Shown here: positions 39,966 to 54,127 of the stretch, one piece after another
Layout: each line of letters starts with the position of its first letter
How positions within the stretch are numbered: position 1 is the stretch's first letter
Source: Lingula anatina
Taxonomy: Eukaryota > Animalia > Brachiopoda
Direction of reading: 5' to 3'
NCBI GenBank assembly: GCA_051362555.1
Contig: CM120644.1
Coordinates: 19,366,534 to 19,430,533 of the forward strand
Length of the DNA: 64,000 nt
Notes under the pieces: model-generated
The model's database searches: none
Seen by the model: only the letters and a program-made list of their open reading frames with translations
What the model was told of the DNA's origin: nothing
Translations under genes and position numbers: made by a program

Positions 39966-41017
39966 AAATTGACACCAGCAAAAAATATTATTTAGTGTAA
40001 TATTCCCAATTTGTCATTAATTTTTATTGGATAAAAGAACACATTTTAAAAAGTATAGCTCACAAGACATTAGCAAAAGCAATATTATTCGATGTAATAT
40101 TACCAATATGTAATAAATTTAAACTGGACAAATCAGAGAAGAATATTATCAGCTGTTTTATCTTCTAAGAATGAAGTAACTTTCTTCAATCAACAACTTA
40201 ATATTGAAATCAGAGAATGAGGCTATCCAGGTGAGTAATGATGAATGTTCTATTAGATATCAAAATATTGGAGGTAAAGGTAAACTATTTCAATATTAAG
40301 CTGCTGATTGAAGAAAAATTACTTCACTCTTTACTGGATAGAGGAATATATTTTCTTAAAGATATTTGCAAACAAGTTTTATAACTACCTATTTTCCTGC
40401 ATATACTATCTCTCTCCTTCTCAAAAAGAATGAGAAAAATACACACAAAACGTTTACTCCTACGACTATATCTACTAACGAAGTTCAATTAACATGAAGA
40501 GCATATGAGATATGAATAGCTGGCGAAAATGTGGAGGAAGCAAAATGGGGAAAATATTGGGGTATTTCCAAAACTAAGCATTCAGGCATCAAAAATGAAT
40601 CACAAATAAGTTATCATCAAATACCTAATATAAATATCTTAAAACGTTGTACTAAATCGGTTGAAACTGATATATTCGTATACTTAGTATCTGGACCGCC
40701 ACGCATCCACTCCCTGGTCACTCAGAACTGATGAAGACGTGACATCTCTTTCTGGAGTGTTGGTTACATATGATTCATGGGGGAGGAGGCAGGATATTTT
40801 GGACACATTGTTTACTCAATTATCATCATTATCTGTTAGGTGAACCTTCATTGACAATTTACTGCAATAAAAACTCAAAGGATGTATTTGTGTTTGATAT
40901 ATTTCAAAACACGCCATTGATAAAATTAAACCCATACCCTAACACCCCCCACAATGAAACATTTACGTCACTGGTTATGATCAAATGCACGTTTTTATCT
41001 GAACAGAGTTTAGTATG

Positions 41018-42911
41018 TAGGGAGGTCAGGTCAACTTTGATAGTAACATAAATATCAGCCAAAATGGTCTCATCTGATAGAGCAATTCATGAGCTTTCCA
41101 AAACATTTTATTTTTTGAAAATCAAGCAAGCCAATCAAAAGTTATTAAATTTAAAAGAATGCTAGTCGGCCACAAAATTTTGAAAAAGTCTTGTATGCAA
41201 GCATATGTAACAGTGGAAACCAAAAGTGTCACCTAATTTCCCAATCAATTAAACAAAATTGCCATAACTTTTGAATGGAGTAAAATATCCATTTGAAATT
41301 TTCTGGAAAGTTACACTATGCCAAGAAGAATCTGACAAGATACAATTTTCTGTAATTTATCCATTATTTCCATGGCAACCATTGTTAAATATCAATAGCG
41401 ATCGATACAATTTTTTTTTATTTTTCAACCTAAGGCTTCAGCATCACTGCCCAAAGGCTACTTTTGGATGAAAATGATGCTAATTAATGTGCCATCACTA
41501 AAATAAAAAATAATAGCTTCTAATGTATCTGTTGCTATGGAAATCGTCATTATGATAGCTGTTGCTATGGTAACAGTTTGAATAATTTTTTACACATTAT
41601 CATGAATTTCTAAACTGAATATGAAGTGGGAAACACTCTTGGTACTCAGTTTATGAATTTAAGTTAAATAGTAAACAAATACTCTGTTACTGTTGCCATG
41701 GCAACCAATATTACAATGACAATTGCATATACGATTTTAAGGTTTAACTAGTAAAAAATGCCAGAATGCACAATGAAAATAAATAATATCCGATTTTGGT
41801 AAGTTATAATTTTGCCAGAAATTTTTAATTGATATTGGACATCATAGCAGGTAGGTAATACAAAAACCAGCGATATTTTTGGAGAGACTGTCATAACGTA
41901 ATGGCAGTTTTAGGAATTTTCCTCTTTTTTTTTGTTGTTGTTAAGAAAAAATAAATAAATACTTCTTTTGTTCACTTTTGTTTGACTGTCATAAACCATT
42001 CTAGAGTTATGGCATATCTCCATGATTTTAATTAAGATTCCCCTTTTTATGTTCACTAACGAGTTCAAAGGCAAAAAAAAAGCATTAGCCCCATCAATAT
42101 CGTACGTACATGTACATGTAATTTCATACTTTGTTTGAAAAATAAAATAAACTCTATATTCTTGAATTGCAGACGTTTTATCAATATCATTGGGTTTCGT
42201 GAACAATTCAAAGATTTTCTGATTAGATATTCTGATATCTTGATCCTCTTTGGGTGCTGAAAAGTGCAGTTGCTTTTTCATCAGCAGAACAGCTTGGTGC
42301 GTCCGCCATTTTGTTTGCGGTAAGATGAAAGTCACTGATTTTCAAACGGCTGTTACGGCTCTATCTTACCAAAAAATGATAAATAAAAAACTGATTTGAA
42401 CCGAGAATTAGTTAAAAAATTTAGGTAGGGGTTACAGAACTTTCAGAAATTCGTTATTCTAACTCTAAAACACGATTAAAAACTTTACAAGCTAGTTTTG
42501 GTTGCTGTTTTCGGTTGAGTAAACTTCTGTAACCCCTCACTCGAACGCTTGATTCATTCTCCTCATGAATATGTGTCTAAATACGAGGAAATAACATCCA
42601 GGACGCCGTACGGAGCTTTTAGAAAAATGGCGCGAAACGCGCATGTTGAGCAAAATTCGTAAATAGTGGGAACCAAACGAGGAAGTGAAATCACCAGCGA
42701 TTTCTCACAGCATTTTCGTGGCTAGGGGCTTACAACAGAGAAATGATGCATTGTTACACATATTGTAAGAAAGCCCATTCAATGCACTTTTAAGATATAT
42801 TTTCATATTTATCATAGGACCAAAATGTTGGAAGTTATGATGGAAAACAAACAGCGAGGTTAGATTTTTTCCCGTTTTCGACCGCGTGAGCGGTGTGACC
42901 TGACCTCCCTA
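41018..42911. mobile_element. Non-autonomous hAT-like DNA transposon, ~1.9 kb
   Basis: 16-bp TIR TAGGGAGGTCAGGTCA / TGACCTGACCTCCCTA; imperfect 8-bp TSD TTAGTATG / ATAGTATA; empty site at ~13448-13455; no transposase ORF. Confidence 0.88.
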
Positions 42912-42942
42912 ATAGTATATGTGACCGACCTGATCGTACTAT

Positions 42943-42957
42943 GGCGCCATCTGCTGG
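42943..42957 (-). promoter_or_regulatory. CTCF-binding motif, copy 2
   Basis: CCAGCAGATGGCGCC. Confidence 0.55.
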
Positions 42958-43059
42958 AATCAGCAGACAAAACTTTATAAACTTTAAATCCTGTGATCAT
43001 ATCTGAATGTACGATGTTGTAGTCTTCATTTACCTTCACAATGACAGATAAACTTGCGA

Positions 43060-43104
<45 letters not shown>

Positions 43105-46100
43105 TGCGTGGAACCATGTTATGATAACAAAGGCATTTGTTAAATTATCCAAGACTTTTACAGAATTTTAGCCAGTGGTAGGAAAGAAGGGTTGATTAGT
43201 TGGAGAAAAATACCACTTATCCCAGGAAAATCCGTGCAATATTTAAGCACGTCAGCACAAACGTCGTGAAGATACGCTATGCCTATATTTTGACGAAGCA
43301 TTTTATTCAAATTGATATTTTTTCACTTTGCATCATACAACCAGTTATCATAACGCCCGTCTGTACTGTCATACACAAGTTATAACAGTTTTATTCTACC
43401 TCCCCAATATCCTCCTGTCATTTCATGCTGTCAATATTGACATATACAAGATTTCAACATATATCATACATCACATGATTATTTCACATACAGCACTCAA
43501 TTAACATATTTTATGTAATAAAAGAAATGAAATTCCATTCGTATCAAATTTTTTTTTCTTCGGGAATTGATATTTCAAATTGTAACGCCTCCGCCTGGCG
43601 TTTGGTAGAATACAGAAAAGGTGGTGATTATACGAGAAAGTTAGAAACAAGAGGAGGTGTGTTAATCTGTTAAACTGATTGCATTCAGCAGAGTTGGATT
43701 GATCTACATAGAACGAAATAGAATGAAACCTTAAATTCATTAAAATGTATCTTATTATTATTGTAGTGCTCTTAATATTTTATCTAGAACTTCAACCCAC
43801 TGGGTTATCAATATCTTATCAATAAATAAGAAATAATCATTATTATACAGGGTGATATTCTGGCGTCTGTTCTGTCTCAACATGATTGCGACGTCTTCCA
43901 CAAAAATGATGATAATGTGCTAGGTGTGACAAGCCGTTGACAGCTTTTAATTGTAGGCCAAAACAAGCGAATTTTAATTTTATTTTTCTAAAAATGCCGA
44001 CAAAGGCATTTTAATGCACTTTTCTTGGTGTTTTTTGTTCCTCAACTACAGATCCGAGTTACAAGATCCTTCTATAATACAAATGTAGAATTAAATTGTT
44101 CATAAATATCTAAGATGTAGTATTACTTGTAAGGTGTGCTACCAACGCGTAAGGTACGGTGCGTTTTTCTATTAGTGTCCTACGCCAAAACGAAACGCCA
44201 AATATAATCCACATATTTTCATGATTGGCAACGTTCTCAATGCCAGATCTAAGGGGGGGGGGGGGGGGGGGGGGGGCGTGCATCTCACTTTTATTCCCCC
44301 CCCCCAAAAAAAAAAAAAAAAGGTTAAAACATTAAAAAATCTATGGGAAGTCTGAAGTGGGGCTGGTAAATGTGTGTATAACTTTTTAGATAATAAATTC
44401 TCTCCACCCCCACCCCCTACAAAGAATAAGTTATTGTAGTAATATGAATTAAACATTTCAACATGCTAAACGAAACAAATCCAAGACGTTTTACAGTCAT
44501 TATGTCCTAAATATCAGAATAAAATTGTCCTCTTCTACTGTTTTACATCCAATGTTTTATAACCGCGTCAACTATCAAACAGCTTTGTTTTAAGGTGACA
44601 CGATGAGTGTCTTCTCTCTTTGTCGAGGTAGATTCTACCATATTTTGAATAAGACTGGCGGTAGGTAGTGTCTCACGACAACCATGACTGAATTTTTACC
44701 GCGTTCGCTTTTTATTTGTGTTGCACCACGATTAACACGCTTATCTATTCCATATATTAATGTCAGGTTAATTTTCACGAGACTGGACACAGGTAACTGC
44801 TAAATCTCTACCTGTAGTAAAAAAATTTAAGATATCAGTGACACATTTTATTTTTAGAAACGGAAAAAATGAGTACGCTTTCAGTTGAATAACCAAAATG
44901 AAGTCAACTGGTAAATTATTGCATTTGGATTGCGTGGAAAATTAAAAATGCAATCTTCCTTGAATTTGATTTTTTTTCTCAATTTCTTTATTATTCGAAT
45001 AATCTTGTTAGCTAAATCTTATTGATGAATTGATAATTCAATATGGACATGAAAGTTATGGAAATTTCATAACAGTTAAATACCACATCCTTGCGATTTA
45101 ACGTTAAACAAATTCTCTCTCTCGCTCAAAATCAGTAGAGCCACAGGCAAAATGCAATAAAAGCATAGGAATATGAGTTATTTATATCTATAAAAAAAAA
45201 TCAAATTTCCTATTCGCTGGAAAATATTAATAAAAGTGATCTTTACAGTACCTCTCGAGGGGAGGGAGGGGGCGTACACCGGGGCTCTCGTCAAGAAGCC
45301 CTTCTCAGCCTTCTAGCTGTTACAAAATTCTGCCGAAGGGCGGGTCAAGAAATGTTTTATTATGAAAGGAAAGTTGCTTTATTTCTTTCGGTAAATTACA
45401 TTTGGTAGCTTCAAATATGTATTATTTTTATCAAATAATAAAATTTAAGATAGCTTAGGTGATCATGATCACCGCTATTTGAAATCTCTGATGTGGACAT
45501 CACTTCCGGACAGCCTTATATTACTACAGGCAATCTAATTTGCATATAAGAAAAAAAATGCATTTTTTATGGTTTTGAGTCATTTACAGTTTTTATTACT
45601 TTTATAAATGACGATGTCCCTTTACCCTCACAAATTTCCAATCATTTGATCGACACGCCCTGTTTATTAATTCATTTACATAAATTATAAACCTTCATAT
45701 CACAGGCGTGAATCACGTTATCACGTCCAAGTCATAACATTGTTAAACTAGCGCCAATAACTGCAGTGGAGAATGTAGGTCAATTGCCTGTACAATTCTC
45801 CCATAGCATTATTGATTTTTTCTGGAGTGGAACATTTTAGGGAGAGGCGGACGAGAGAGAGAGAGGTATGCATTGAACAGCATAATAAAAAGAAAGCGTG
45901 GAGCTGTTATAATCAAAGTCTATTACAATCTTTGAAACGAGTGTAAAAATAGCACACTTTTGCAGTTTCTCTGTGTAGCACTTTGCAGACAACTTGATAA
46001 TTCTCTATGCCATCGGTCTCTCCCTAACGATTTGTTGACCACGTTAACTGTTCAACTCCCGGCAGAAGATGAACCAGCCAACGATAGTTTTGACACGCAG

Positions 46101-46813
46101 GTGTAGGAGCCGCACCCTGAACTACAGATCTTAATAGCAATTAACCCTTGCGGTTTCGAGTAACTGGAAACGACAAGGGTATGTCATAGTAGTGTAGATG
46201 TTTGTTTCAAGTTATCTTTGACACTCAGGGTGAGAAGAATAGGAGCGAGACGGGAGGAGGGGGCACTTAACCCTTTCACAACCAACTGCGTCACCCCTGA
46301 GCATGGGACGAATGCGTTCCGTCAGTCTAACCAGTCAATTTATTGAAGAATCATTCGCTCTGATTATGAATTTTCAAACAAATTAGGGTGTATTTGTAAT
46401 CCATAGGGTATATTTGTAACCCATGAAAGCAACTTTTTTATTTACCCGAGATGCGTCAAACATTCTATTATTTAGCGTGATCCATGACACATAGCAGGAG
46501 CCGGGGTGTGTGCTGGGGGTGGGGGGTGGGGGGGGGCAGTTGATTCCCTCACAATCAACTGCGTCAGCCCTGAGCAAGGGGCGGAAGCGGGGGGGGGGGG
46601 GGGGGGTGCGTTCCATCAACACCAGAGTCCACCGCATCTCTAGTGACCACCCTGGTCCGCAACCCAAGGCCTTCACTTAGTGGTCAGTTGTTAACAAGTC
46701 AGGAAGACAGCACTAGGGACACTCAGGTAAACTAACCATTAGTGATGGGGTCATCAGTTGGCCACAATACAGAGGTCACTGTCAGCGGGTAATATTTGTA
46801 CTTTTTTAGATTT

Positions 46814-46979
46814 CAGGGGCGGATTCAGGCCGTCTTCTGGGTCTTCCGGAAGACGGTCACATTTTCAAGTTTAAATTGACGGGTATATAATTTTTTCTAA
46901 TGGGAGACAATCAAAATTTGAGGATGAATCAATAAAGATAATTTTGAAGACTCAGTAAATAGCTCTGCATCCGCCCCTG
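46814..46979. mobile_element. MITE with CAGGGGCGGAT termini and 5-bp TSD
   Basis: TIR CAGGGGCGGAT / ATCCGCCCCTG; TSD GATTT; empty site in copy 1 (~16659); degenerate relative at ~56290-56457. Confidence 0.9.
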
Positions 46980-48598
46980 GATTTTATATCAATGCTAAGT
47001 TTATATATGATATCAATTATTACCTATGATCAGACATGAAATTTTGATCAACAGATTTTTGTAGCTAAAAAAGCTAGTTTTTGGGTTTGTATTTTATTTT
47101 TCAGAGACCCAAGGGAGTGGGTTCAACCCCCTGACCCCCCCACCCCCCCCCCCCCCCTCTAAATCTGCCACTGGGTTAGCCTATTATCTTAACTACTGAA
47201 TTTTTCATGTTTTGATATTTTGATTCATTGACATATATGTTTATTAATTTATTATTATTATTATGCTAAAATTTCTTTTGATGACTACAGTTCAGCATTA
47301 CTTATGGTTCACTTGTCTGGAACAGCGCAAATTTAACATTGATAAAAATTACAAACAGGCTCAAAATACGGACACCGTTGTATGCGTTTGTGTTGGATAA
47401 TACTACTTACTTGATTTGTGGTCAAAATATTTACATGTAAATCGCTATGAGAAAATCCAAAAATATTTATAACCAGTGTCATTCATTTAATGTTCACTTG
47501 TTGCTTGCTCAGTTACATACTAACGATATGTGGGGAATCAAACCAAGACAATGGCTTCATGAATTTATTGTCTTATACAAATAAACTTGTTGATTATTCT
47601 GATTTTAATCAGAAAAATCAACAAGCTTTCTTTACCTCTTTACGGACTACATGTACAATAAAAAGTTATCATGTGAAGTTACAGAAATTGCCTGTGAATT
47701 ATTAAATGTCTCTGACCCACTGATACAGAATGTTAGGTGGAATTGTGTTCAGTTGATAAATTAAAATATTGAAATTGTGCTGACACAGTAGTGACTTGTT
47801 GATGGCTGGTCAGAAAACCTGGGAACAGTGATAAAACATTGACTTCTTTTAGACGAAGCATATAGATTTACATCTTCAGGGATAATTCCTGTTTTTTTTC
47901 ATTTTACTTTCTTTTTTGAGATTTTAAACTCTCAATATCTGACTTGCCTATCTGTCATTGAATCTATTTTTTGAAGTCTGTTATAAGTGCTGTCTTCTAT
48001 GTCTGGTTTTATCAAATATTCATTTGGAGTTTGATATTTTGTTGAATAAACAAAAAGATGTTCCTTTTACAACTCTTTATTCCCTCTAAATCATAGGATA
48101 TATAAATTTCATACATTAAAAATGAAATAATTTAAATTCTTTTCATCTTGTAAATGTAAATCCTTTGAAAATGAAACACTATTTCATGTTCTGTTTTCAA
48201 CAATAAAGATAGAAAAGAGGGATTTTCTAGCATAATATCCTGTATTTGACCAAGTACAGTTCTTTTATTATAGATGATCTATCATAGATAATGTGTCTGA
48301 TCATGGAAGATAATGGTTGGAACCTACACAATATAAAAGTGATAATTATTGATAAATTGAAGCAGTTACATTTGATTGTTCTTAAGATGTCCAAAAATAG
48401 CAAAGTTATAAGGTAAGAGTTTGTTTTCTGTTTTTGTCATCTGAATATATCATTGAGAGCTGTAGAAAGGATTTTTTATGATTGATGTGATGACACCTGG
48501 CGTGGTCTTTTTTTATGCCAGTAAGTATTTCATAGACATCATTGTCAGTAATAATGGTGATGTTCTCTTATTCATTTGTATGATGGGTTATGGCATAA

Positions 48599-48825
48599 GG
48601 GGTCATGTCGATACCCCCTGCACCGATACTCCCCCGCACCGATAATCCCCTTAGTAATTTTTGGTATTATGCACATCATTACGACCCCACACCGATACTC
48701 CCCCGCACCGATACTTACCCACACCGATACTGCCCCTCAGTATATCTGTAATTGTGGGGGAGTATCGGTGAGGAGAAGTATTGGTGCAGGGATGTACCAG
48801 TGCGTGGGAGGATTGACATGTAACC
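48599..48825. mobile_element. hAT-like MITE with 8-bp TSD, in the former zinc-finger C-terminal tail
   Basis: TSD TGGCATAA (48591-98, 48826-33); imperfect TIR GGggtCATGTCgAT vs GGttaCATGTCaAT; internal caccgatac repeats in both orientations. Confidence 0.8.
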
Positions 48826-48850
48826 TGGCATAATTTCCACATTACTTATT

Positions 48851-49940
48851 TCATCCGTCTCCATGAATTCTTTCATGCACAGTGCAATGGCCTTTTTGAG
48901 TAAAAGTTTTGTCACAGAATCTACATTTAAAAGGTTTCTCTCCTGTGTGAATTCTCTCATGATATGTGCAAGAAGTTTTGTCTTTAAAAGTTTTGTCACA
49001 GAATCTGCACTTGTAAGGTTTGTCTCCACTGTGAATTCTTTCATGCTCAGTGCAGTGGCCTTTTTGAGTAAAAGTTTTGTCACAGAATCTACACATAAAA
49101 GGTTTCTCTCCTGTGTGAATTCTCTCATGACATACGCAAGATTTTTTGTCTTTAAAAGTTTTGTCACAAAATCTACACTTAAATGGTTTCTCTCCTGTGT
49201 GAATTCTCTCATGATATATAGAATTTTTTTTGTCTTTAAAAGTTTTGTCACAGAATCTACACTTGAAAGGTCTCTCTCCAGTATGAATTCTTTCATGCAC
49301 AATGCAATGGCTTTTTTGAGTAAAAGTTTTGTCACAGAATACACACTTAAAAGGTTTCTCTCCTGTGTGAATTCTCTCATGATATATACAATTTTTTTTC
49401 TCTTTAAAAGTTTTATGACAGAATCCACACTTGTAAGGTTTCTCTCCGGTATGAATTCTTTCATGCACAATGCAATGGCCTTTTTGAGTAAAAGTTTTGT
49501 AACAGAATCTACACTTAAAAGGTCTCTCTCCTATGTGAATCCTCTCATGACATATGCAAGAAGTTTTGTCTTTAAAAGTTTTGTCACAGAATCTGCACTT
49601 GTGAGGTTTGTCTCCAGTATGAATTCTTTCATGCACAGTGCAATGGCCTTTTTGAGTAAAAGTTTTGTCACAGAATCTACACTTAAAAGGTCTCTCTCCT
49701 GTGTGAATTCTCTCATGACATACGCAAGATTTTTTGTCTTTAAAAGTTTTGTCACAGAATCTGCACTTGTAAGGTTTGTCTCCAGTATGAATTCTTTCAT
49801 GCACAGTGCAATAGCCTTTATGAATAAAATTCTTGTCACAGAATCTACACTTGTAAGGTTTGTCTCCAGTATGAATTCTTTCATGCACAGTGCAATGGCC
49901 TTTTTGAGTAAATGTTTTGTCACAGAATCTACACTTGTAA
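48851..49940 (-). CDS. C2H2 zinc-finger protein, copy 2: 13 tandem intact fingers
   Basis: Open frame from MCTEERP through 13 x CRFCDKTF..K..C..HERIHTG to GDG*. Upstream of the Met a degenerate finger reads out of frame, so the true start and functionality are uncertain. Confidence 0.8.
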
Positions 49941-52900
49941 GGTCTCTCTTCCGTGCACATTTTTACTGAATGCTGAAAGAATGTTAATTGGTGGTATAAA
50001 AGTCTTGTCACAGAATCTACACTTGTAAGGTTTTTCTCCAGTATAATTATTTTCTTGAATTTCATGAGATGATTAATCACTGAAAGATTACATGGATTCC
50101 CTATTCCAAGGTTTCTTTTCACATAATTCCCCTTTTTTGTTTTTCGTTCCTTTTCCAGACAGCTCCTGTCTTACATTTTGCTGTGAGCCAGTCGGTCACT
50201 TGGATAAGGTGTAAGACTTATCAAGGCTTGATATGTCCTTTCCAATACTGTAATTGTGTTCACAATTCAACTCTCGGAGCACCATAAGAATATACATTTG
50301 GATTCTGTATGAACTTGTTGTCAACATTACCAAGGCACCCAGTTTTTGTACTGAGCAATGCAAGAAGTTGTATTAGGAACCTCCTGTTTAAAATCTTGAA
50401 TACAGTCATTCTATTGGATGATGTTAACTGCTGGTTACAGTGGACATATCTGATTGGTTGAAGTCATTTCTCTCCAATACTTCAGATGCCATAATTTAAA
50501 GATGTTATCTGCACAACCCACTGCATATAATTATCTGTTATTACTTCACTAAGCATTGGTAAACATGTACCATGACACCATCAAGCTACATCTAGCTTGT
50601 TAAAAGACAAGAAGTGACTTTATCAGTTAGTTTGTATTTGTCACACATGTCAGGCTGGTTCTGTAGATGTTGTGATGAGTCTTTCAGCAACCAGCAGTTT
50701 CAAAAGGGGGGTTCTTTTTCTGAAAAAAATGGACCTTTTACCATCCAGTCATTGTGTACCTAGATAAAATTTTGCTCAGAGGAAACATTTTCCCAGCAAA
50801 AAGAGACCCCACATACCCCCTGGCTACTGGGCCTGTTTAGGTTAAGAAATTTATAAAAAATTTAGTTCAGTTATAGGTATTAAAACTTTATTCATTAACT
50901 CTACCAAGGTATGTTACTTTCAAAAAGGAGTAAGAATGGACTTTTTTTAAAGGGATAATATTTGACAGTTTTTGCATTTACTCCACCAAGGCATGTTACT
51001 TTCAAAAAGGAGCAAGAATAGACCTTTTTAAAAGGGATAATATTTGACAGTTTTGCTGGCGTTTTGGCCAAAAAGTGAATTTTCCTGGAGATAACAACAA
51101 TTTTCAAATATTTACCAATGGTTAATGAATCCATTTTTACATTCAAAGTGAATCCCTCTTTTTTTTTCTAGAAAAGTTTGTGTTTTTTGGTTATAATCTT
51201 TTAAGAGATTATAAGAGAGTATAGCCATCAATGGAGGTCACGTGGTCTAAAGACAAGCTTAAATATCAGAATAATAGCTATAACTGCCGTTTTTGTGGTA
51301 AAACAATATATTATATTTCTATAAGTTGTTCACAATGTTTTAATTGTGAAATATATAGATCTCATGCGAAGAGATATTATCCCTTTATTGTGTGCGCATG
51401 TGCAATTATTTTACTTTTCATGACTGCATTTTTGCCAGCTTTTCTGTTTCAAACATAATTTATCCCTAGTGTTAATTTTTGTCTCTCAGGGTAGTGTGCC
51501 AATAGGCCAGGAAAACACTTTTTGTTGATAGCAGCTGTAATATCAGTGAGCCACCACACCATTACTACAGAGATGGAAACACACCTACAAGGTACCCCAG
51601 AAATATACATGTACGTCAACGATGGTTAAGTTAACGATTTACTCACAGGGAATAGTACCAGTGTTAAATGAACTGTTTTGTCTAGTTGATAAAAACTTAA
51701 AATATTGAAAGCTTTCTGACATTAAAGTTTGTACTGATGATCAGAAAACCAACAGAGTCTGTGAAGAGTGAAAAAACATTTGTTTCTTTTACCTGTTGTT
51801 AAAGAGAGCACTTTGATTGCTTATAGAATTTTTGAAACTAGTGCTAATGTTGAAATGTTGCTGTATGGTGTCTGTATATTTGACAGTTTTGCTGGTGAGT
51901 TAATCTTTCTTTCAGAATTTTGGCACATTTCTGAGGAAGTAGTGACCAAGGACCAGAAATTGTGGATGGTTGCTGAGGCTCTGGTCACCATCTTTGATGT
52001 GTTTGCAGACGAACATCTGGACCTGTTGTCATGGAGATCAGAGTAACAAACAAACTTCAAACCATATGTTACCACAGTTGACAGCTAAGGTAAAACTGCT
52101 TCTTGTAAGATTTATTTATTTATCAAGACAGTTAAAGACATATATCAGGATTTCCATTGGGCAGTATGAAAAAGATGCATGTTTTCTTACTACATGTAAT
52201 TTACAAATGATTCCTGCAGTTGGGTTAATTTTATTATTTTTATGTACAGACACAGATGTGTCTGTACATTTAGCCGTCACCTGCGTCTGTCGTCGCTGTC
52301 GCCGTTGTCGCCGTTGTCGCCGTGCACTCAGTGATAACACGATAAGTGGAATACTGTTTTACATTTTGCATTCAAATTTACAGAACTGATGAATATTCAT
52401 AATACGCAGGTCAAGTTCGAAAATCAGCATGATCGGGCCATTTTTAGGGAAGTTATGCTGTTTTTTCACTTTTTTTAGCATTATTATAACACCAAGTGGA
52501 AAACCATTTTACTTTTTGGCTTGAAACTTACAAAACTGATGAATATTAATAATACGCAGGTCATGTTAAAAAATCAGCATGATCCGGCCATTTTTAGGGA
52601 AGTTATGCTGTTTTTTCACTTTTTTCAACATATAGGCAACATTGATAACACAATATAAGAAAAACAGATTGGCCAATTGTCATTATACTCACAGGAGTGG
52701 TCAATCTTACTAAAACGCAGGTTGAGTTCAAAAATCAGTATAATCGGGCCATTATTTTAGAAGTTGTACTGTTTTTTCACATTTCCTCAGATTCAATTCT
52801 TAGGCATGTTAACAGTCTTATTATTTTACTAATAAGATAAAAGTGTTTGTTTGATATTTCCTGCATCTTTACAACATTGTTAGTTGATTGTGTAAAAATG

Positions 52901-54127
52901 ATGGTAAACTTGTTATCATGTATTGTGTAATAAAGTGTCAAAAATGGAAATAAACTCATATCATTGCAGTTTGTCAGATTCAATCATCCACTATGTTCAG
53001 AATCTCAGAATGGAGGAAATTGGACCTTTAACACTGTTCTATTGATACTTTTCCCATCTCATCAATTTTCTTAGTTGGTCATATAAAAATAGCAGTAAAA
53101 TGTTTATTTTTTTTTATGTTAAAAAAGTGTTAAAAACGGAAATAAACCCATTTCTGAACAGTGCTGTCTTGTTTACATTTTGGTATTTTCAAGATGTGAC
53201 TGAAATTCCATGGGCCTGAAGACCTTTTACTAGTCACATTTTCTGAATATCTGTGATACTAATATTTCATAATTAAAAATTGATGGTCATTATGCTGTTA
53301 AACATGTAATGTTGCATCAAAATTTGAAGAAACCCCTATTTTGGGCACTGCTCCCATGATGACCATTTAAGGAAAATCATGTCACTTACTGTTCTCAAAC
53401 TTACAGGAAAGAAAAATGGGACTAAAATACAGCTTCAGTAGGCAATGCAGTCTGTTTGGTAATTTTTTCTGGCAGTTAAACAGTTTTTTATGAAAATTTA
53501 ATTTTTCACATGCTGGCATTTTCAAGGTGCGACTTAGAACCTCCACGGGCTTGAAGACCCATGCTAGTCACATTTTTCTGAAAATCCATGACACGTATAT
53601 TTTATTATTAAAAATTGATGTATTATGCCATTAAGCATTATGTAATGTTGCATCAAAATAGGAGAAAACACAATTTTTAGTGCTGCTGCCATGATGACCA
53701 TTATGGGAAAACTGTGTTACTTATGATTGTCAGACTTTCAAAAAAGAAACACAGGACTAAAATGCAGCCCGAGTTGGAAAAGCAGTCTAATTGGCTTCTT
53801 TTTCTGGAAGTTATACATTTTAGTGAAATATTCATTATCTTTTTGGCAAATTCATTGTGGGACTCGGAGCTCCCATGAACATGAAGCCGAATGATAATCA
53901 AATTTTCTACATGTCCATGCTATTTATAGTCAATAATCAAAAATTGGTGATAATTATTCTATAATTTATTATGTAATGTTACATCAAAATTGGCAATAAT
54001 CTTTTTGCACTGCTACTGCAAACATTATGAAAAGAAACTGTGTTACTTATTATTATATTTAACTTATGAGTATGAATTTTAGGATTGGCATGCAGTTCAA
54101 ATTAGAAAGCCAGGTCAATTGGGTTAT

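Noticed and set aside
48851-50600. PRDM9 ortholog
   Set aside because: The array is PRDM9-like in behaviour, but no KRAB, SSXRD or SET exons were recognisable upstream.
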